Positions 1 to 9,113 of a stretch of 64,000 bases of DNA are shown here, one piece after another. Source of the DNA: an uncultured Chloroflexia bacterium (GTDB lineage: Bacteria > Chloroflexota > Limnocylindria > Limnocylindrales > CSP1-4); assembly GCA_963772995.1 (NCBI GenBank), contig CAVYZQ010000034.1:47050-111049 (forward strand). The letters run 5' to 3'. The notes beneath the pieces are model-generated. The model did not search any database. It saw nothing but the letters and a program-made list of their open reading frames with translations, and had not been told where the DNA came from. Numbering within the stretch: position 1 is the first letter of the stretch; each line of letters opens with the position of its first letter. A program made the position numbers and the translations under genes.

Positions 1-441
1 CACGGAGTTCGCGCGCCCGACCTGGCTCCGTCCGACGAGCGCCGGCAGTGACGAGGAGTAGCCTGCCAGGAAGAAGGACCGAAGGATGGCGAGTGGCGCA
101 GCGACGAGCAGGATCACCGCCAGCGTCGGCCCGCCCAGCGCGACCGACAGCGGGATCAGCGCCGTCATGACGGCTCGGCCGAGGTCCGCCAGGAACATCA
201 TCCGCTTGCGATCGCTGCGGTCCGCGATGGCCCCGGCAAGCATCCCGAAGACCAGGTCGGGAAGGGTCTGGAGCGCACCGACGACCCCCATGGCGAACCC
301 GGACCCCGTGAGCGCGAGGACCAGCAACGGCATCGCCGTGAACGTGACGGCGTCGCCGACGGCGGTGATGCCCTGGCTCGTCAGGAGGATCTTGAAGTCC
401 CGGTTCCGCGCGAGCGGGACCGGGATCGGCTCGTGGGGCAC
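1..441 (-). CDS. MFS transporter (EntS/MFS_3-like), N-terminal 147 codons. The gene runs off the left edge of the window.
   Basis: Own reverse translation from GTG at 441 gives VPHEPIPVPLARNRDFKILLTSQGITAVGDAVTFTAMPLLVLALTGSGFAMGVVGALQTLPDLVFGMLAGAIADRSDRKRMMFLADLG... This is the TM1-TM4 pattern with the D-R-x-D-R-K-R loop typical of MFS. It is absent from the ORF track only because it is open-ended. The listed + ORF 86..499 is its antisense shadow. Confidence 0.6.
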   Translation of the reverse strand, partial: MPHEPIPVPLARNRDFKILLTSQGITAVGDAVTFTAMPLLVLALTGSGFAMGVVGALQTLPDLVFGMLAGAIADRSDRKRMMFLADLGRAVMTALIPLSVALGGPTLAVILLVAAPLAILRSFFLAGYSSSLPALVGRSQVGRANSV

Positions 442-495
442 GCCTCCGATGGTAGGGAAGCCCGGACCCGGCCGCGCGACCGGCGAGGCCCTAGC

Positions 496-1131
496 ATGAG
501 CGTCGTGGACGCTCTCTCCGCCGCGACCGACGCGATCATCCGGGCCGGCCGGCGGCTTGGCGCTCGCGGACTCATCTCGGCCGGCGAGGGCAACCTGTCG
601 GTTCGCCTTGACGCGGACCGCCTCCTCGTGACGCCCAGCGGACGGCGCAAGGACGAGCTGGGAGCGGACGACCTCGTCGTGGTCTGGCTCGGCCACGTGG
701 AGCGCGATGCCGTGTCACGGAGCGGCCTCGCCCCGAGCTCCGACCTGGCCATCCACCTGGCCGTGCACGCCGCGCGCCCCGACATCGCTGCCGTGGCGCA
801 CGCGCACCTGCCCGCGTCCATGGCGCTGACGCTCGCCGGCGAGATCCCGGATCCCGACGCGTTGCCGGAGACTGCGCTGCTCCTGCCCCGGCTCCCATTC
901 CTCTCGCTCGGCGTGCCGGGCAGCGCCGAGCTCGCCGGAGGCGTCGCGATGGCGCTCTCGGAGCCGCCCGAGCCGTTTGCCACGGCGGTCCTCCTCGAGC
1001 GTCACGGGGCGGTCGCGGTCGGGCATGACGCGGCGCAGGCGGTCGATCGGCTCGAGCTCGTCGAGGTGCTGTGCCGAACATGGCGCGATGCGCTGCTGAT
1101 CCGCGCCGCTCGCGCCGCCGATCAGCGATGA
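496..1131 (+). CDS. class II aldolase/adducin-family protein (fuculose-phosphate aldolase / methylthioribulose-phosphate dehydratase-like)
   Basis: Frame of ORF 433..1131. ATG at 496 gives MSVVDAL... Motifs seen: GEGNLSVR, LVTPSG, AVAHAHLP, LLERHGAVAVG. The ATG at 496 is preferred over the upstream alternative start at 433. Confidence 0.75.
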   Translation: MSVVDALSAATDAIIRAGRRLGARGLISAGEGNLSVRLDADRLLVTPSGRRKDELGADDLVVVWLGHVERDAVSRSGLAPSSDLAIHLAVHAARPDIAAVAHAHLPASMALTLAGEIPDPDALPETALLLPRLPFLSLGVPGSAELAGGVAMALSEPPEPFATAVLLERHGAVAVGHDAAQAVDRLELVEVLCRTWRDALLIRAARAADQR

Positions 1132-1173
1132 GCGGCCCGGTACGCCGTTTCACGCGCTCCGGGCGATCGGAGC

Positions 1174-1193
1174 GCCGGCGGGCGCCCGCCGGC
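1174..1193. terminator. GC-rich perfect palindrome between convergent genes (bidirectional terminator candidate)
   Basis: GCCGGCGGGC/GCCCGCCGGC is a 20-nt self-complementary block between the aldolase stop (1131) and the DinB stop (1197). There is no U-tract. Confidence 0.35.
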
Positions 1194-1196
1194 CGG

Positions 1197-1742
1197 TCAG
1201 AGACCCTCGTTGCTGAACCGGCGAGCGTTGCCCATCTGGCCCCAGACGCGGTCCTGGGTGACCGCCAGCATCTGGCGGACATGGTTGCGGTCGTGGTGGA
1301 CCCACTCGCCCAGAAGCTCGTCGACCCGGAGCGGGCCGACCTCCGGGTGCATCCCGGAGCGGGCCAGGTCGTCGGGCCCGAGGCCGAGCACGAGGGCCAC
1401 GCTCTCGGCCCGAGCAGCGGCGAACTCCGCGGCGAGGTCCGCGCCGGCGCGGAGGTGGTCGCGCCGGGCCTCAGCGACGGCCGACTCATCCCATGCCACC
1501 AGGCGAGCGGGCACGTCGGGCAAGTCGGCTGACAGGATCTGGCGGATCCGACCCGCGAAGCCGCGGTGCTCGGCCTCGATGAGATGGCCGACGCACTCGT
1601 TGGCACTCCACTCCCCGGGTGCAGGACGCCAGCTGCCGTTCTCGCCGAGCGCATCCATCTCGGCGCTGATCGTCGTCGGCGTCGCCGCCAACAGGCCGGC
1701 GATGAGGACCGGGTTGAGCGGTTCGAGACCTGGTTCGCTCAT
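1197..1742 (-). CDS. DinB-family (DinB_2) metal-dependent protein
   Basis: Internal ATG at 1742 (MSEPGLEPLNPVL...) of ORF 1197..2051. Supporting motifs: ...ANECVGHLIEAEH...WVHHDRNHVRQM, a His-rich four-helix DinB signature. The upstream 103 codons look like non-coding read-through. Confidence 0.7.
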   Translation of the reverse strand: MSEPGLEPLNPVLIAGLLAATPTTISAEMDALGENGSWRPAPGEWSANECVGHLIEAEHRGFAGRIRQILSADLPDVPARLVAWDESAVAEARRDHLRAGADLAAEFAAARAESVALVLGLGPDDLARSGMHPEVGPLRVDELLGEWVHHDRNHVRQMLAVTQDRVWGQMGNARRFSNEGL

Positions 1743-1851
1743 GACGGGCTCCTGCTCACTTGCAGAGGGGGGCATCGGGGGACCGCGCCAAGGCCCCACC
1801 ACCCGGCGATGATGGTAGCGGCTGCGTGTGTCGGGGAAACCTGCCTCGGAC

Positions 1852-1893
1852 TGCGCAATGCTGTGTGCTAACCTCTGCGCATGAATGTGCGCA
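1852..1893 (+). promoter_or_regulatory. candidate VapB operator: three TGCGCA palindromic hexamers flanking or overlapping the vapB start
   Basis: TGCGCA occurs at 1852-1857, 1876-1881 and 1888-1893 (TGCGCAtgaatgTGCGCA spans the ATG). A TAACCT -10-like hexamer lies between them. Confidence 0.4.
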
Positions 1894-2141
1894 CGAATCT
1901 GCTGCTGCCGGCGGACCTGGTCGCGGCGGTCGACGCGGTCGCAGGACCAAGGGGTCGGAGTCGCTATGTCGCCGAGGTGCTCGCCCGTCAGATCCAACGA
2001 GACCGCTGGTATGCAGGGTTGAGAGCCGCAGCAGGCGCCTGGCAGGATCATCCGCTATTCACGAACGACGAATCCGTCGCTGAGTGGGTCAGTGCCGGTC
2101 GCAGGGAGATGTACGACCCGTGGTCCGATCCCTCCGACTGA
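1881..2141 (+). CDS. vapB: ribbon-helix-helix antitoxin (VapB/CopG-like)
   Basis: The 86-aa ORF starts MNVRTNLLLPADLVAAVDAVAGPRGRSRYVAEVL, an RHH beta-strand/helix pattern. Its stop TGA (2139-2141) overlaps the ATG of the downstream PIN gene by 1 nt. Confidence 0.75.
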   Translation: MNVRTNLLLPADLVAAVDAVAGPRGRSRYVAEVLARQIQRDRWYAGLRAAAGAWQDHPLFTNDESVAEWVSAGRREMYDPWSDPSD

Positions 2142-2521
2142 TGAGGTACCTCCTTGATACCACGTTCCTTGTCGATGTCCTTCGCCGTCTACCAGCAGCC
2201 TTGGATCGGCTCGACCGTCTCCATGACGATGGCGACGAGCCGTTCGTCAGCTCGGTGACAACCACGGAACTCTGGTCGGGTCGACGGCCTGGGACCGAGA
2301 TGGCGATCGAAGGCGCCCTTCGCTACCTCGAGTTCGTGCACGCCGGCCCGCTGACCGCCCGGAGGGCCGGTGAGTGGCGCGCTGCAGCTCGCGACTCCGG
2401 GCGCACGCTGACGACGACCGACGCATTGATCGCGGCTACAGCGTTCGATGTGGGAGCCGCCGTCCTCACGCGGAACGTCCGCGACTTCGCATCGACCCCG
2501 GTGCGGATCGAGACCTACTGA
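2141..2521 (+). CDS. vapC: PIN-domain ribonuclease toxin VapC
   Basis: ATG at 2141 gives MRYLLDTTFLVDVL...TTTELWSG...TDALIAATA...LTRNVRDF. These are the acidic PIN residues (D6, E, D, N/D) in canonical spacing. Confidence 0.8.
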   Translation: MRYLLDTTFLVDVLRRLPAALDRLDRLHDDGDEPFVSSVTTTELWSGRRPGTEMAIEGALRYLEFVHAGPLTARRAGEWRAAARDSGRTLTTTDALIAATAFDVGAAVLTRNVRDFASTPVRIETY

Positions 2522-3095
2522 CCGCCCGGCGCGCTCATCCGGCGCAGGAGCGCCAGCCGTTCGACGGCGATCACGGTCATGGCGTCGGTGATGCGGCCGT
2601 CAAGGGTCATCGCGAGAACCTCGTCGAACGGCAGCCAGCGGATCGCGAGATCCTCGGTGGCGTCCGGCGTTGCGACGCCGTGGGTCAGGCCTGTGGCGAG
2701 GAACAGCACCGCGAGCTCGTCGGAGACCGAGTTCGAGAGATGCACACGGCCGATCTCGCGCCACTCGGCCGCTTCGACCCCGGTCTCCTCGCGCAGCTCC
2801 CGGCGGGCGCCCGTCGACGCCGGTCTCACCGGCCGGCACGCCGCCCTCCGGGATCTCCCACGAGTACTCGTCCAGCGGGTAGCGATGCTGGCCCACCAGC
2901 AGGACCTGGTCGCGGTCGTCGATCACCAGGACCCCGGCAGCCAGGTTCGCGAAATGGACGACCCCGTAGACGCCCGGGCGAACCATCGGGTCTGATCACC
3001 TCATCGTGCCAGATCGTCACCCAGGCGTTCTCGTACGCGACTCGGCGCGACCGACGCGTCCATGGCCCGTTCGTGGCGTGTCCACTGTCGTCCAT
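2515..3095 (-). CDS. NUDIX hydrolase (ADP-ribose pyrophosphatase-like). The reading frame is broken twice.
   Basis: Three consecutive pieces lie in three frames: MDDSG..RRVAYENAWVTIWHDEVIRPDGSPG / VYGVVHFANLAAGVLVIDDRDQVLLVGQHRYPLDEYSWEIPEGGVPAGE / ..ARRELREETGVEAAEW..(Nudix box GX5EX7REUXEEXGU). The breaks are near 2985 and 2825. Confidence 0.7.
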
Positions 3096-3160
3096 CGCCG
3101 CATCCTCGCACGCCGCCGAGGCACTCGTCGTGCGCGCCCGACCACGAGCGGCGCCGCGCG

Positions 3161-4680
3161 TCAGCCCCGAGCGACCCTCCCCACGAGGTCGGCGATGATT
3201 CGCAGCCCATCCGCCGCCTCGAAGCCCAGGAACGGGTCGGGCGCCAGGGCGTGCTCGCCGACCCGGCCCCCGACGCGCGGAGTACAGGACCGGGTAGATC
3301 GCTCCCGAGCCATCGGCCTCGAGGGTCGCGGCCAGGGCAGCCGGCCCGCCCTCGTCGAGGAACGCCGTCAGCGGCTTGACCCCTTCGTCGCGGAACCCGC
3401 CGTCGGGGTCGACCGTGAGGACACGGGCCAGGTAGCCGCGCTGGTGGAAGAGATCGGGCGCCTCGGCCAGCTCGGTCGCGACGAACGCGGTGACGGCATC
3501 CTGGCGCGAGATGCGGACGCTCGGGCTCGATGCCGAACGCGCGTGCGGGCGATCCGGCCCGCGAGGACCCGGGCGTTGTAGCGCGCGCCGTGGACGGCTC
3601 CGGAGTTGGCCGGTATGCCGTGCTTCTGGAGGCCCTTGGCACCCTGCCCGATCGTTCCCGCGAAGAAGACGCCCGGGCAGGCTCGAGCTCTCCCACCAGG
3701 GCGTCTGGGCCGGCAGCCGGCTCGCCCCGAACGTCGTGACCCCGAGCGCGGGCAGGTCGAGCAGCGGGCAGATGAACCCGGTCGCGGAGATCACCTCGTC
3801 GGCCTCGATCGCGAGGTCGGCGCCGCCGTCGGTCCGGCGGAGGCGGATGCCGAACGCGCCACCGGGCAGCCGCTCGATCCGGTCGAGCGCCGCATCGAGG
3901 ACGCTCACGCCGCCGCCCAGGACGTGGTCCTCGAACGGCTGGACATAGCGGGCGCGGACCCCGACGAGCGACTTGGTGTCGACCGACAGGCGGGCCGTCG
4001 ATGGCGAGGCGAGGATGAGCTGGCGCGCCCAGGGCAGGAGGCCGTTGGCGAGCTCGAAGCCCGAGTTCTGCTTGCCGATGATGAAGACCCGCTTGTCCGC
4101 GTACTCGGCGGCGGGCTTGACGTCGGCGTAGTGGTAGGCGTGCTCGAGGCCCTCGCCCGGTGGGATGAACGGCTCGGCCACGCCCACCGCGATGACCAGG
4201 ATCCGGCAGGTGTACGCGCCGTCCGTCGTCTCGACGCGTGAACCTCCGCCCTTCCGGCGTCGTCATCGACGCCGCGTCGCCGTCCATCGGCAGTCGTAGC
4301 GGACCTGGAGGGCGGCCTTCTCGGCGAAGGCGACCAGGTTGGCCTCCATCTCCGGGCGCGACGGGAAATACGACGTCCCGTCCATCAGACCCGGCTGGAT
4401 CGCCCGCGTCTCGGGCTCCTCGCCGAGCAGGCTGTTCCAGTCGTAGCGCTGGTAGGCCCGGTGCCGCGGGCGGCCGGCGCGTGCGGCTTGGTCCACGACA
4501 GCAGTCGCTGGAAGAATGGCCAGCGGCGGAACATCCCACCCGGCGACGGGTCCGCCGAGATGACCGCGTGGTCGACCCGTGCCGGCGCAGCGAGTACGAG
4601 AACTGGAGTGCGCCCGGGCCGCTGCCGACCACGACGACCGGGTACTCGCCGGGCGGGAACGGCCGGTTCAGCTCCGCCAT
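3161..4680 (-). pseudogene. FAD/NAD(P)-binding oxidoreductase (flavin monooxygenase-like) with about 9 frame changes
   Basis: The N-terminus MAELNRPFPPGEYPVVVVGSGPGALQFSYSLRR carries the GxGxxG motif. The homologous sequence then continues through all three frames: ..ISADPSPGGMFRRWPFFQRLLSW.. / ..YDWNSLLGEEPETRAIQPG..EANLVAFAEKAALQVRYDCRW.. / ..YTCRILVIAVGVAEPFIPPG..VFIIGKQNSGFELA.. / ..VFFAGTIGQGAKGLQKHGIPANSGAVHGARYNARVLA.. / ..LTVDPDGGFRDEG.. / ..RVGEHALAPDPFLGFEAADGLRIIADLVGRVARG-stop at 3161. Confidence 0.65.
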
Positions 4681-5120
4681 CGGTTCGCGGCCCGCAGCCG
4701 GCGCGCCTGGGCCTGCAGCATCCGGTACATGACCCGCGGGTGGTCGATGAGGAACGACTCGACCTGCGGACCCGACAGGACGAGGCAGCGCAGCGGCCGG
4801 ATGGCGACCACGTCGGCGATCGGCGATTCGCCGAGGATGATCGAGACCTCGCCGAAGAATTCGCCGCGCGCCAGCCGTGCCCGCTCCGTCCCGTCGACGA
4901 CGATGGCCGCCTCACCGTCGAGGATGACGTGGAAGCCCGAACCGGTCAGACCCTGTCGGAGGACGCGCTCGCCTTCCGCGAACATGGCCTCATCGAAAAG
5001 GTGGGCGATGCCCTCGAGCTGGGCCTGGTTGAGGTCGGCGAACAGCGCGAAGGAGGCGATCGCATCCACCAGCTCGTCGCGTCCTGCCATCGTCGGCATG
5101 GTGACAGAATCGCGCGTCAT
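4668..5120 (-). CDS. stand-alone cyclic-nucleotide-binding (CNB/Crp-type) domain protein
   Basis: ATG at 5120 gives MTRDSVTMPTMAGRDELVDAIASFALFADLNQAQLEGIAHLF...GEFFGEVSIILGESPIADVVA, which contains the FGE phosphate-binding cassette. No HTH follows. The intact frame overlaps the start of the downstream oxidoreductase by 13 nt. Confidence 0.75.
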   Translation of the reverse strand: MTRDSVTMPTMAGRDELVDAIASFALFADLNQAQLEGIAHLFDEAMFAEGERVLRQGLTGSGFHVILDGEAAIVVDGTERARLARGEFFGEVSIILGESPIADVVAIRPLRCLVLSGPQVESFLIDHPRVMYRMLQAQARRLRAANRWRS

Positions 5121-5199
5121 CGCGGGAGGCGGCGCTTCGGTTGACGGCCCGGCGCCGTGCGGCGCAGCATGGCCGCCTGAGAGCACGCCGGAGGGACGC

Positions 5200-5630
5200 A
5201 TGACGCTGACCCACGAGGAGACCGCACGACGCCTCGGGGAGACACCGCTGTTCGCCGGTGTCGATGCCGCCGGGCTCGACATGATCGCCGGCCGGGTCAG
5301 CGAGCTCGACGTCCCGGCAGACCGGCCGATCGTCCGGCAGGGAGAGATCGGCACCGGCTTCTACATCGTCGTCAGCGGCGCGGTCGAGGTCGTCCGTGAC
5401 GGGGTGGCGCTCGCCCGCCTCGGGCCCGGGCGAGTTCTTCGGCGAGCTGTCGATCCTCGATGGCCGTCCGCGGACCGCCCAGGTGGTGAGCCTCGAACCG
5501 ACGATCTGCCTCGCTCTCGCCGTCGTGGGAGTTCGAGGCCATCGTCGCGGAGCAACCGAGCGTCGCGCTCGCCATCCTGCGTGAGCTCGCCGGGCGGCTG
5601 CGCGACCTGACCGAGATGCCCAACCATTGA
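5200..5630 (+). CDS. stand-alone cyclic-nucleotide-binding domain protein with two frame breaks
   Basis: ATG at 5200 lies behind GGAGGG. MTLTHEETARRLGETPLFAGVDAAGLDMIAGRVSELDV..GFYIVVSGAVEVVRDG continues in a second frame as GEFFGELSILDGRPRTAQVVSLEPTICLAL, and in a third frame as ..EFEAIVAEQPSVALAILRELAGRLRDLTEMPNH-stop (5628-5630). Confidence 0.65.
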
Positions 5631-5654
5631 CGCGCACGACGACCGGATGACCGG

Positions 5655-8637
5655 ATGACCCCAGCGGCCCGCATTCCGACAGGCACCGTCACCTTCCTGT
5701 TCACCGACATCGAGGGCTCGACCCGTCTCGGGCAGCGAGGTCGGAGCCTCGCGCTTCGGGCAGCTGCAGGAGCGGCATCGAGCGATCCTGCGCGAGGTGT
5801 GGATGGCCCACGACGGCGAGGAGGAGAGCACCGAGGGCGACTCGTTCTTCGTCTGGTTCGAGAGCGCACGGTCGGCGGTGGCCGCGGCGGTCGCCGGACA
5901 ACGGGCGCTCGCCGCCGAGCCCTGGCCGGACGGACAGGCGATCAGCGTCCGGATGGGACTCCACACCGGCGAGGCCGAACGGGTGGGCGGGACCCTCACC
6001 AGCCTCGACATCAACCGGGCCGCCCGGATATCGGCGGTCGCCCACGGCGGCCAGATCCTCGCCTCGGAGTCGACCCGGGTCCTGGTCCGCGATCTGCCAC
6101 CCGACGTCCGGCTGCGCGACCTCGGGCCACTCCGGCTCAAGGACCTTCTGACCGCCGAGCACGTGTACGCGGTCCTCGGCGACGGCCTGCGCGCGGACTT
6201 CCCGCCACCGCGCACCCCCGACGCGCACCCCAACAACCTGCCGACCCAGGTCACCACCTTCGTCGGGCGCGACACCGAGCTCGCCGAGGCCGCAGGGCTC
6301 CTGGCGTCGACGCGCCTCCTCACCCTGACCGGACCCGGCGGCACCGGCAAGACCCGTCTGTCCATCCAGCTCGCGGCGAGCGTCTCCGACGACTTCCCCG
6401 ACGGCCTTTTCTTCGTCCCGCTCGAGCCGATCCGCGACCCGCAGCTCGTCGCCGCGCGGATCGCCTCGACGGTGGGCGTCGCCGAAGGAGGGGCGCGTCC
6501 CATCGCGGACTCGCTCGCGGACTGGCTGGGCGATCGGCAGACCCTCCTCGTGCTCGACAACTTCGAGCAGGTCGTCGCCGCGGCGCCGCTCGTCGCCGAC
6601 ATCCTGCACGCCGCACCGAAGGTCAAGGTCGATCGCGACGAGTCGCGCGGCGCTCCGGATCTACGGCGAGCAGGAGTATCCCGTCCCCGGGCTCCCGACG
6701 CCGCCCGATCCGAGCCGGCTTTCCGGATTGGACCGGCTCAACGTCCCCGGCACGGAGCGCGCGTTCGACGCGGAGTCGCTGGGCCAGTATGCGGCGGTGC
6801 GCCTCTTCATCGACCGGGCCATGGCGGTCCGACCGGGGTTCGCGGTCACGAACGAGAACGCTCCAGCCGTCGCGGCCATCAGCGCACGGCTGCATGGGAT
6901 GCCGCTGGCGATCGAGCTTGCCGCGGCCCGGGTCAAGCTGCTCGGTCCTGACGCGATCCTGGCGCGACTCGAACACCAGCTCGACGCGCTCGCGGCGGGC
7001 GCGCGCGACCTGCCCGAACGACAGCAGACCCTTCGTGGCGCGATCGCCTGGAGCTACGAGCTGCTCGACGACAGCGGGCGCCGCCTGCTCGACAGGCTGT
7101 CCGTGTTCGTCGGCGGCTTCGACCTCGACGCGGCCGAGGCCATCGCCGGGCCAGCCGAGCGACATCGGCGGCGATGTCCTCGACGGACTCACCAGCCTCG
7201 TCGATCAGAGCCTGGTCAAGGTCGACACGATGCCCGACGGCGAGCCGCGGTTCCGGCTCCTCGAATCCGATCCGCGACTTCGCCGGGGAGCGCCTGGTGT
7301 CCCGAGGCGAGATCGACCTCGTGCAGGCTCGCCACAGGGACTGGTTCACGGCCCTCGCGGCCCGGGCGGCGGCGGAGCTGTCCGGCGACGCCCAGCGAAC
7401 GTGGCTCGACCGCCTCGACCGCGACCACGACGACATCCGGGCCGTGCTCGACCGGGCGGTGGCAGCGCCGGACCCGCCGGTGGCCATCGGGCTCGCCTTC
7501 TCGATGTGGCGCTTCTGGCAGAAGCGAGGACACCTCGCCGAGGCGCGCCGGCGGCTCGAGGCGATGGCAGCGGAGCCCTGGTCGCATGACGACCCACGCC
7601 TTCGGGCGAAACTGATGGAGGCGCTCGGCGGGACATGCTGGTGGCAGGGCGAGATCGAGCGGATGGGCGCCTGCTACGAGGAGGCCCTCGCATCGTGGCT
7701 GGCGATCGGTGACGAGGCCGAGATCGCCAACGCCTATTACAACGCGTCGTTCCAGTACGCAGTCCCGGGCGACGGCGAGGCAGCCGATGGTCGCTTCGAC
7801 ATGGAGACGACCGGCATGACCTACATCGAGCGCGCGCGCGACCTGTTCCACAAGGTCGGCGATCGGCGCGGGGAAGCCAATGCCTTGTGGGCGCTCGGCA
7901 ACTATCGATACTTCCGGCGGCAACCGGGCTTCGGCGTGGACGAGTCACGCGCAGCGCTCGAGATCTTCCGCGAGGTCGGCGACGTCACGATGGAGGCGTG
8001 GTCGAACCATATGCTGGGCACCGGCCTCCTTCGAAGCGGTGACGTCGCCGGCGCGCGCGCTCCGATCATCGAGGCGATCCGGCATTTCAAGGCGGCCGGT
8101 GACGCTGCAGGGGTCACGCTCTCGCTCGACGACCTGTCGGCGGTCTCGGTGGCCGAAGGCAACCTCCCGAGGGCGGCCCGTTTGCGTGGGGCGGCGCGCA
8201 ACCTGACGGTCGAGACCGGGGCGGGGCTGGCGGGATACGTCGAGGACACCTTCGAGACCGGCGTCCGGCCGGGAGTCCGCTCGGTGATGTCCGAGGAGGA
8301 CATCGCTCGCTATGGCGCGGAAGGGGCGGCGATGACGCTCGACGAGGCGATCGCGTACGCGCTCGGTGGTGACGATGCTGTCGCGGTCCCATCCGTGGGC
8401 GCGGCGGCTGCGGACGCGGGCGCGATCCGCCGGTCGCTGGCGCGGACGCGGGCGGGCCGGTCGCAGGCCGGCCCGGACGCGGCGCGGGCGCGGCCGCTGG
8501 CGCGGACGCGGGCGGGCCGGACGCGGCGCGGGCGACGCTGCCCACTCGGCGGACGAAGGCGCGGCGGACGCACGTCCCGTAGACGCAGGCGCGGCGGCCC
8601 GACCGCGCGCGAGCGAGGGGTAGCATGGACGGCGTGA
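5655..8637 (+). CDS. class III adenylate/guanylate cyclase fused to an NB-ARC/AAA ATPase and TPR repeats, with at least 4 frame breaks and an uncertain 3' end
   Basis: Recognisable segments: PTGTVTFLFTDIEGSTRL..(break ~5735)..EGDSFFVWF..GLHTGEAE..NRAARI (cyclase core); FVGRDTELAE..LTLTGPGGTGKTRL (Walker A); LLVLDNFEQV (Walker B); (break ~6635) ..GMPLAIELAAARV..; (breaks ~7160 and ~7265) ..; then TPR-like ALWALGNYRY..MEAWSNHMLG. Stop at 8637 in one frame, or 8581 in another. Confidence 0.7.
8436..8534 (+). repeat. imperfect ~60-bp tandem duplication in the 3' tail of the cyclase-ATPase-TPR gene
   Basis: GCTGGCGCGGACGCGGGCGGGCCGG occurs at 8436-8460 and 8496-8520. CCGGACGCGGCGCGGGCG occurs at 8472-8489 and 8517-8534. 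Confidence 0.8.
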
Positions 8638-9059
8638 CCACCGAGACGCTGCCGCCGATCGTCCTCGAGATCGAGACGTCGGCCCCGCCGCGGGAGGTGT
8701 GGCGTGCGCTGACCGAGCCCGCCCGCGTCGCGGAGTGGTTCACCGATGCGAGCCCCGTGCGCAAGCCCGGCAGCCCGTACCGCCTCGACTTTGGCGAGGG
8801 GAGCGTCGTCGAGGGCGTCATCATGGAGGTCGAGGCCGGGCGGCGCTTGAGCTACACGTGGGCCTGGGCGGACCTCGAGCCGCGGCTGGAGACGCTGGTC
8901 ACCTGGAAGATCGAGCCCCTCGAACCCCTGGGTGCGCGGGTCGTCCTCGTGCACGAAGGCTGGAGCGAGGCTGGGGCCGACGAGGCTCTTCGCGACGACC
9001 ACGAGGGCTACTGGAGCGGCTATCTCGACGATCTCGCGGCGATCCTCGCCGAGGGCTGA
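8625..9059 (+). CDS. SRPBCC / AHSA1 (Aha1-like) domain protein
   Basis: The intact 144-aa ORF reads ..APPREVWRALTEPARVAEWF...LSYTWAW...LVTWKIEPL..GARVVLVHEGW. Confidence 0.7.
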   Translation: MDGVTTETLPPIVLEIETSAPPREVWRALTEPARVAEWFTDASPVRKPGSPYRLDFGEGSVVEGVIMEVEAGRRLSYTWAWADLEPRLETLVTWKIEPLEPLGARVVLVHEGWSEAGADEALRDDHEGYWSGYLDDLAAILAEG

Positions 9060-9113
9060 CGCCCGATCGGCCCGCCGGTCCGGTATGGGCGACTCCGCTA
9101 GACTTTGCCCTCG

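Noticed and set aside
5641-5660. CCGGATGA-CCGGATGA 8-nt tandem at the start of the cyclase gene giving two alternative ATGs
   Set aside because: Only the second ATG (5655) is in frame with the PTGTVTFLFTDIEGSTRL cyclase motif. The duplication is too short to interpret.
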